In this document: piece by piece, positions 57,597 to 64,000 of the stretch
Numbering within the stretch: the first letter of the stretch is position 1
Layout: the number at the start of each line of letters is the position of its first letter
Assembly: GCA_036679065.1 (NCBI GenBank)
Contig: JAZIGN010000003.1
Span: 288,001 to 352,000, forward strand
Direction of reading: 5' to 3'
DNA from: Coprothermobacterota bacterium
GTDB lineage: Bacteria > Coprothermobacterota > Coprothermobacteria > Coprothermobacterales > Coprothermobacteraceae
Length of the DNA stretch: 64,000 nucleotides
Made by a program: the position numbers and the translations under genes
Notes under the pieces: generated by a model
Seen by the model: only the letters and a program-made list of their open reading frames with translations
What the model was told of the DNA's origin: nothing
The model's database searches: none

Positions 57597-60554
57597 TTAA
57601 CCTGCTTGGTATGTTATTCTGATGCTCTTTGTATCAGGTAGCCATTCTACATCGCAACCAAGAGATTCTGCTACAAACCTTAAAGGAACCATGGTTCTGC
57701 TGTTTGTGATTTCTGGTACCACATTGGGGTTAGACGGGTCGATCATTACTTCTTGGCCATTAACCTTAGCCTTGTTCTTTCCTATCCAAAGGTTTATGGA
57801 CTTTCCTTCATAGGTTATATCAACGCGTCTGTCAGCAGAGTCCCATTCAACCTGCCCGCCCATGGCTTCAACAACGGCCCTAATGGGAAGCAGCGTGCGG
57901 CTGTTCTTTATGATTGGTGGTGCATCCAGGATTTTGGTTTGATTATTTACCTTGAACTGCGGCTTTCCGACTTGGAGTTCAATGAGATTGAGTGGAACCA
58001 ACTGGATAGTTATGAGTTTCCAAGTTTCCACTGTTAATTCATCCAAAACCTTTCTCCGCGCGATTACTGTGACTTTGTTCACCTGTGTTGTTAGTGGGAT
58101 GTTTGCTTTGAACATTCCACTACTGTCTACGGGGACATTTTCTCCGTTTATCTCCACAAAGTTGCCCGCTTCTGTTTTTCCGCTCAGAACCAACACCGGA
58201 TCTGGTTCAAATACGTACTTTGTAACGGTATACTCCTCAGGAATGTTCACTGTTAACGATGGGGGAGTTGTATCTGGACTATTCTTTACTTGAATGTAGC
58301 CCGATGCAGTATCCACGTTTATGTACACGTATTGTTGTTCTTTTACCGATATGCCGGAATCAGAAGCAGCTATAACATATTTGTATTTTCCATCCTTCAC
58401 AGGAAAGTTGTCCTCGCCTAAGCCGTTCCAGACAGCTTTGTAATGTCCTATTAACAGTCCTCTCTCAGAGTAAAAAGTGGTTACCGTGGCATTGTTTTCA
58501 TCAAGTATGGACACTTCAACCAATGAGACCGAGTTCATCAAATATCCATATGGAATTGTGGTTGGGGTGTCCACAAGCGCGGCTGGACCATCAATAGAGC
58601 CAAACCTCAATGTGAAATCAATTGTCACAGTTCGCTGCTCAGGAATGCTGAAGTCAAGAACAGTAGAAGATGCTTTCACGTTGGCAAGTTTTGATGGCCT
58701 AGTTCCAGTAACAGGAAACCACCAAGCTGATGGATCATTCCAAATAAGTACAGGCACATGTACCTTTGTTTCTCCATTAGTAAGCCAAATTAAGCCTTCG
58801 TGTGGTCCTTTTGAAAGTTTCGTTAGGTCGGCTGAGGGGATCAATGTTACTGTGGCCGAGCCACCCTTTGGTATTGTCAATGTGCTTGGGGAAATAGATA
58901 GCTTCAGCCCATCATTAGCACCGAGTTCGAAATTGCCCAACGTTAGTTCCACTGATGCCGAGAGAGTCAGAGTACTCCCACTAACATTCTTTACGACCAG
59001 ATCCGCAGGTCTTAGCCCAGTTGCTGTCATTGATATGGAGTAGGGCTCTACTAAAACGCTGGTTTCGAAGGCTCTTAACGCATCTACGCGGCCAGAACCT
59101 TGCATGAGTAACGATTCAGGCTCTTTGTTGTCGTCATTATAGAAAACAGTGGCTGTGTTTATCAGCGACGCTCTTACGTCTTCTGTTGACCAATCTGGAT
59201 GGCCTTGCTTCATGAGTGCGGCTATTCCAGAAACTAAAGGCGTCGAAAAGGAAGTTCCCTCTTCATAAACATATCTGCTCCCAGTGGCTGTGTTGAACGT
59301 ATAGGCAGGAGCTATTAAATCTGGTTTGAGACGAAAGTCAATTGATGGGCCCATGGAAGAAAAGGGCGCAACTCTTGCTACGGGCATATCTGTGGAGACA
59401 GAGCCTCCCACGGTGATCACATTCGGTTCGGTAAAAGTTGTTAGTAGTGGTGCTGAATAACCTTTGGGGCAGAGGTCTGGTGAAAAAGGATCGTCGCAAT
59501 AAACAGCTGATCCCGAATTTCCCGCTGCGGCCACAACTATTATGTTCAAGGTTTCCAGATTTTCTATTATTTCCTTGCCGTAATCGGTTTTTAGTCTGGA
59601 CTCGTCGGTCAAGGAAATGTTTATTATGTCTGCACCATCTTTAGCTGCTTGGTCGATGGCCGGATAAATGTTACCAGGGGCTAAAAGCACGTCACTAGTT
59701 GGTGTTGTGGTTGTCAATGTGGGCAACACTTTGTAAGCCAATAATCTTGCTTTTGGTGCAGTTCCCTTTAGTCGACCATCAGCGGCAACAGTACCTGCTA
59801 CTAACGTTCCATGCCCCATTTGATCCATGGGGTCGCTATCGTCATCGCCGAAATCGTAACCTCCGATGACCTTGCAAGAAGGTCCCAAACAGCCGCCTAA
59901 GTCTGGGTGAGTATAATCCACACCAGTATCAATTACTGCGATGACAATCTCGCTTCCTTCAATGGGATTGCCTTTTGCATCCTTCATCTGCCATACATCT
60001 TTTACATGGAGTCCCGTGAGGACTTCTTCGTTCATGTGTGCAAGCACTAAATCTTCAGAGCCTGCAGTTGGAGTCTCGGCTACTATGGCACTTAGTTCAG
60101 GCATTGCACCTATAGGTATGGGATACACTGCTCTTACTTCTTTAATGTCTGCAATCTTGCTTAAATCTACACCTCTCGCCTTCATAGTAAATCCATTCAG
60201 TGTCCAGGTGAGGTTATGTCCTATTTCTGCATCAGGTGACATTTGCTTGATCTTATTAACCACCGTGCTTTGAGTCATTATGAGTTTGTTCTCATAGGAA
60301 GAACTATTGGAATCAGATTTAATGCTATTAGTATCCAACTTGTCAGTTCCAGTTCTGTTTTTAGTATGTTCGATGACGGGTTCATCCCTTAGAACAACCA
60401 TGACATCTTGAAATGCAGTGGAGGTTAGCATCTCCTGGGTAAGATCAGAAGAAAGCTTCGAAACCGTGTCTGCCTTAGATGGTAGTACCACAAATGAACA
60501 CGCAAGCACCATAATAAGGAGTGATGCTAACCCTCTCTTAATAACTGATTTCAT
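57597..60554 (-). CDS. Secreted S8 subtilase with I9-like propeptide, FlgD-Ig-like domain and C-terminal stalk (copper amine oxidase N-terminal-like) domain
   Basis: IDTG, HGT, AAGN, KPD, GTSFS; C-terminal RTLLPIRAVVE and RTMVPLRFVAE. Confidence 0.92.
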   Translation of the reverse strand: MKSVIKRGLASLLIMVLACSFVVLPSKADTVSKLSSDLTQEMLTSTAFQDVMVVLRDEPVIEHTKNRTGTDKLDTNSIKSDSNSSSYENKLIMTQSTVVNKIKQMSPDAEIGHNLTWTLNGFTMKARGVDLSKIADIKEVRAVYPIPIGAMPELSAIVAETPTAGSEDLVLAHMNEEVLTGLHVKDVWQMKDAKGNPIEGSEIVIAVIDTGVDYTHPDLGGCLGPSCKVIGGYDFGDDDSDPMDQMGHGTLVAGTVAADGRLKGTAPKARLLAYKVLPTLTTTTPTSDVLLAPGNIYPAIDQAAKDGADIINISLTDESRLKTDYGKEIIENLETLNIIVVAAAGNSGSAVYCDDPFSPDLCPKGYSAPLLTTFTEPNVITVGGSVSTDMPVARVAPFSSMGPSIDFRLKPDLIAPAYTFNTATGSRYVYEEGTSFSTPLVSGIAALMKQGHPDWSTEDVRASLINTATVFYNDDNKEPESLLMQGSGRVDALRAFETSVLVEPYSISMTATGLRPADLVVKNVSGSTLTLSASVELTLGNFELGANDGLKLSISPSTLTIPKGGSATVTLIPSADLTKLSKGPHEGLIWLTNGETKVHVPVLIWNDPSAWWFPVTGTRPSKLANVKASSTVLDFSIPEQRTVTIDFTLRFGSIDGPAALVDTPTTIPYGYLMNSVSLVEVSILDENNATVTTFYSERGLLIGHYKAVWNGLGEDNFPVKDGKYKYVIAASDSGISVKEQQYVYINVDTASGYIQVKNSPDTTPPSLTVNIPEEYTVTKYVFEPDPVLVLSGKTEAGNFVEINGENVPVDSSGMFKANIPLTTQVNKVTVIARRKVLDELTVETWKLITIQLVPLNLIELQVGKPQFKVNNQTKILDAPPIIKNSRTLLPIRAVVEAMGGQVEWDSADRRVDITYEGKSINLWIGKNKAKVNGQEVMIDPSNPNVVPEITNSRTMVPLRFVAESLGCDVEWLPDTKSIRITYQAG

Positions 60555-60634
60555 CCCCCTTTACCTCTCTTCCTTGTGTATGGTATGCGAGCATTTTAAC
60601 ACTACATCCAGGTTCAATGTGTTTTTTAAAGAAC

Positions 60635-60663
60635 AAAAAAGGGGAGAGAAAAGTCCTCTCCCC
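60635..60663 (-). terminator. Terminator of the 780-aa subtilase gene
   Basis: GGGGAGAG...CTCTCCCC with T6 on the minus strand. Confidence 0.75.
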
Positions 60664-60704
60664 AAAATAGCTATGAGCTGTTAGATTAGTCCTGCTAGGT
60701 TGTC

Positions 60705-63047
60705 CTAATAGGAGGGGAAACGGATTGTTATCGTTTTGGTTTTGTCATCCCACTCCACTTGACAACCTAAAGACTCTGCTACAAACCTTAAAGGAAGCAT
60801 GGTGCGTCCGTTTATAATCTCTGGCACTACATTAGGATTACTTGGATCTATCATTACCTCCTTGCCATTGACCTTTGCTGTGTTCTTACCTATCCACAAA
60901 GTAACAGTTTTACCTCTGTATTCTATGTCTACACGTTTTTCTTCGGCGTTCCAATTAACTTGTCCACCCATAGCTTCTACAACAGCCCTTATAGGCAGTA
61001 GTGTTCTGTCATTTTTAATCACAGGCGGGCTGTCTAAAAGCAAAGCTTGATTGTTCAGCTTAAATACTGGGTTGCCTATTTGCAGTTCTATAATGCTAAG
61101 CGGTGCAGGTGTGATAGGCACTGTAGGAGTTTTTTGATTGTAATTAGCAGGAATATAAGCAAATGAAGAAGCTGTTACAGTTAAAGAAGGCGTTAATGTA
61201 GCATTGTTACCTACTGTGATGTAGCCTGTATACTGCGTATCTGTATCAATTATGGGAATATCAAAGTTGGTAAAGTAGTCTGTTACAGTTATTACATACT
61301 TATACTCACCTGCAGGCACAGGCTGACCATTGCTGTCTTTACCATTCCATACAGCTCTGTAGTGCCCTATAAGCAAGTGTCCTTTGTCAAACACTGTAGC
61401 AACTGTAGCACCGCTTTGATTAACGATGTCTACACGTATTTCATCGGCATAGTTGCTCCAGTAAGGCTCAGGGGACCCCCATGAAGAACCTGAGATAGAA
61501 CCTCTGTTAAGTGTAAAATCTATGGCTACATCACTACTGTTAGGTAGCTTAGTAGCTCTTACATTGATCAGCTTTGGTGGTAGCTTACTGTTGTAACCTG
61601 CATCAAACGGATTGCTTCTTTCCCACCAAATAGTATTAAGATCATTCCATATAAGCATGGGCACATGTAAGGTAGCAGTGCCATTGCTAAACCAAATGAG
61701 CGCTTCATGTGATCCTTTGGTAAGTTTGCTTAAATCAGCTTTTGCTGTTAAACCTAAGGTAGCACTTAAGCGTGGACTGACAATAATCCTACTGCTTGTT
61801 AAAGACAGCGTCAAACCATCATTTTGACCGTATTCAAAGTTACCTAAAGTAGGCTGCACCGTTACTGTAAATGTTAGCGTCGCATCGCTAACGTTCTTTA
61901 CTGTCAATACTACAGGGTGCAAGCCTGTAGCAGTCATATCTATTTCATAAGGAGTTATCAAAGCAGGTGTTTTTACAGCAGCTACTCCATCAATCAAGCC
62001 TGAACCTTGTATCATTACACTTATAGGTTCACCAGTAACCTTGTTGTATAAGACGCTTGCTGTATTCATAAGAGAAGCTCTAACTTGTTCAGCAGTCCAA
62101 TCTTTGTGTGCCTGCTTAACCAGTGTAGCTACAGCACCAGCAAAAGGTGCTGAACAAGAAGTGCCACCAAACATGTTGTAATACCGCATGAACGTAGCTG
62201 GATAACCAACGTAACCAAGCAAGTCAGGCTGTATTTCTCCATTTAAACTCGGACCTATGGAAGAGTATTCTGCAACTTCACCACCATTTGCAAATACATC
62301 GTAAGCACCTATAGAAAGCGTAGTAGGTTCAGCTACACGCTCGCCTACTGGTGAAAATAACGTGCCACCACGGAAATTTAGAAAGTAATGGCGTGCATCT
62401 TCTAAAAGGGCACTACCAAAGTTCCCTGGTGATACAAAAATTACCATGCCTTGTTTTTCTGCTTTTTCATACAAAGACTTAAAGTAAGGGTCTGTAAACT
62501 CTCTTGTGTAGTTGGGTTCTCTACCTCTTACAGTGAAACCAGAGGAAAAGTTTAAGTAGTCTATTTTATCTTCTATGGCACGCTCTAACCCTTTAAAGCC
62601 TACATCTGGCGATGATTGTCCTGAATAGCCGTAAATAGTGGCTTCGTATGCTATACCTTTCATGCTGCCATTAGCGACCATCTGTCCACTAAGAAGCGTT
62701 CCATGTGAATAATCACGGTTTCGGGGCATGATGTCTGGTGAGTTTTCGTCAAAGTTCCAACCACCAGCTACTTTACAACCGCTACCTAAACAACCACCTA
62801 AGTCTGGAACTTTATAATCTATTCCATCATCGATGATGCCAATTTTCATACCTGAACCTGTAAGACCCATATTCCAAAGCGTGGTAACACCAGCAATGTC
62901 GTAAGCTTGTTTAATACGCTCTAATGCTTGTGTGTTCACATTCGAATTAGCAGAAGCGAACGAATTTGTGAGTGGGATAAGCAAAAGGAGAACCAAGAGC
63001 AGGCTTATAGCACTGCTAAGCTGTTTAAAACCTTTCCTCACCTCCAA
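60705..63047 (-). CDS. Secreted S8 subtilase paralog with FlgD-Ig-like and stalk domains
   Basis: IDDG, HGT, PGN, QPD, GTSCS; WNGKD..G..VPAGEY; stalk domain. Confidence 0.9.
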   Translation of the reverse strand: MEVRKGFKQLSSAISLLLVLLLLIPLTNSFASANSNVNTQALERIKQAYDIAGVTTLWNMGLTGSGMKIGIIDDGIDYKVPDLGGCLGSGCKVAGGWNFDENSPDIMPRNRDYSHGTLLSGQMVANGSMKGIAYEATIYGYSGQSSPDVGFKGLERAIEDKIDYLNFSSGFTVRGREPNYTREFTDPYFKSLYEKAEKQGMVIFVSPGNFGSALLEDARHYFLNFRGGTLFSPVGERVAEPTTLSIGAYDVFANGGEVAEYSSIGPSLNGEIQPDLLGYVGYPATFMRYYNMFGGTSCSAPFAGAVATLVKQAHKDWTAEQVRASLMNTASVLYNKVTGEPISVMIQGSGLIDGVAAVKTPALITPYEIDMTATGLHPVVLTVKNVSDATLTFTVTVQPTLGNFEYGQNDGLTLSLTSSRIIVSPRLSATLGLTAKADLSKLTKGSHEALIWFSNGTATLHVPMLIWNDLNTIWWERSNPFDAGYNSKLPPKLINVRATKLPNSSDVAIDFTLNRGSISGSSWGSPEPYWSNYADEIRVDIVNQSGATVATVFDKGHLLIGHYRAVWNGKDSNGQPVPAGEYKYVITVTDYFTNFDIPIIDTDTQYTGYITVGNNATLTPSLTVTASSFAYIPANYNQKTPTVPITPAPLSIIELQIGNPVFKLNNQALLLDSPPVIKNDRTLLPIRAVVEAMGGQVNWNAEEKRVDIEYRGKTVTLWIGKNTAKVNGKEVMIDPSNPNVVPEIINGRTMLPLRFVAESLGCQVEWDDKTKTITIRFPSY

Positions 63048-63359
63048 AACCTCCCTCTATCAAAACTAGGGCTTATGCCCCTATTCATATTTTAATGCTT
63101 CTGAAGAAGAAGGATGCTTAAAAAGGGTAGCTCTGTGTGGCTATTACACCTGGTAAAAACGCTTGCAGTAGCTCACCATATGTTCTAATGTGGACTAAAG
63201 CAAGCATGTGCAACAATGGTGACGCTGCTAAACTCTTGGATAGTAGTAACCGCAATGTGTTCAGCTCAATGCCGTAACAGCAAAAGCAAATTAAATTGAA
63301 GAGGGACATGGAAACGTAATAGTTGAGCTCCATGTCTCTCTCTTTTACGCTTTCTATCC

Positions 63360-63998
63360 TTAAGGTTCTTCCTCGTAGCTAATGTATATGTTCTTAAACA
63401 CAGGGTCCCACTCAACAGTAGCCCCCATAGTTTCTGCTATAAACCTAAGCGGCACCATCGTTCTACTGTTAGAGATGATAGGAACTACCTGCGGGTTTTG
63501 TGGGTCTATGTAAACTGGTTGCCCATTAACTGAAGCTTTAGGATTACCTATGGTTAGCAAGAGAGTTTTATCGCCTATTTTTACAGTTACCTGCTTTGTA
63601 TCAGGATTCCAGTTTACCTGTGCATTAAATGCTTCTGCTATAGCACGCAGTGGCACAAGCGTCCTATCGCTTACTATGATAGGTGGTGCATCTAACTGAA
63701 TAGGAGACAGGTTATGAAGCATTTCCTTTGAACCAACTTGTAAAGAGATATTGTGCTTTAGCACATACTTAACAACAACGTTAATGTCAGAACGAATGTT
63801 AGACAGCGTTAAAGAATCTTTTACTCCTGAAAGCTGTCCATTTATTGTGACGCTTTTTAGCGTCCAACCGTCAGTCCGTTGTAAAGGTATGGTAATTGTG
63901 TCACCTTCTGTTACTGTTTTTGTCCAGCTGTTTCCTAAGTTGTCTGAGTAGACAATTTCATATTCTTTATCTGCATCAGATTTGAATTTTGCAGTTAC
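63360..63998 (-). CDS. C-terminal part of a surface protein with a stalk domain (5' end outside the window)
   Basis: Frame is open to the window edge (VTAKFKSDADKEYEIV...); RTLVPLRAIAE and RTMVPLRFIAE. Confidence 0.85.
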   Translation of the reverse strand, partial: VTAKFKSDADKEYEIVYSDNLGNSWTKTVTEGDTITIPLQRTDGWTLKSVTINGQLSGVKDSLTLSNIRSDINVVVKYVLKHNISLQVGSKEMLHNLSPIQLDAPPIIVSDRTLVPLRAIAEAFNAQVNWNPDTKQVTVKIGDKTLLLTIGNPKASVNGQPVYIDPQNPQVVPIISNSRTMVPLRFIAETMGATVEWDPVFKNIYISYEEEP

Positions 63999-64000
63999 AG

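Noticed and set aside
349..63951. Many short antisense or overlapping ORFs in the six-frame track (e.g. 480-947, 1092-1712, 9700-10191, 58477-59043)
   Set aside because: They are shadows of well-supported genes on the opposite strand, with no recognisable motifs.

Overview
A gene-dense bacterial chromosome segment of moderate GC, in standard code 11. The gene content (secreted subtilases with stalk domains, peptidases, tryptophanase, 2-oxoacid:ferredoxin oxidoreductase) fits a proteolytic anaerobe; Coprothermobacter-like is my inference. It has five parts. (1) 4-16 kb: a turnover zone of paralogous lipoprotein/secreted-protein genes with duplicated leaders, orphan 3' remnants and pseudogenes. 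(2) 18.6-24.7 kb: a DNA repair/nuclease cluster with a small accessory ORF coupled to dinB, radC, a stand-alone Cas3-type HD nuclease carrying what looks like a collapsed, inactive helicase, and a membrane-anchored PD-(D/E)XK nuclease. Four ORFs here have a -10 box exactly 6 nt before the ATG (candidate leaderless mRNAs), and a 16-bp palindrome overlaps the dinB promoter. (3) 32-42 kb: a 10-gene mannose-type PTS/amino-sugar catabolic operon. (4) 42.5-49 kb: a TusA-YeeE-DsrEFH sulfur relay and an orphan, divergent pair of complex I/hydrogenase membrane subunits. (5) 57.6-64 kb: tandem cell-surface subtilases. I recognised no rRNA, tRNA, CRISPR array or transposase. All family assignments come from reading motifs by eye, not from database searches.
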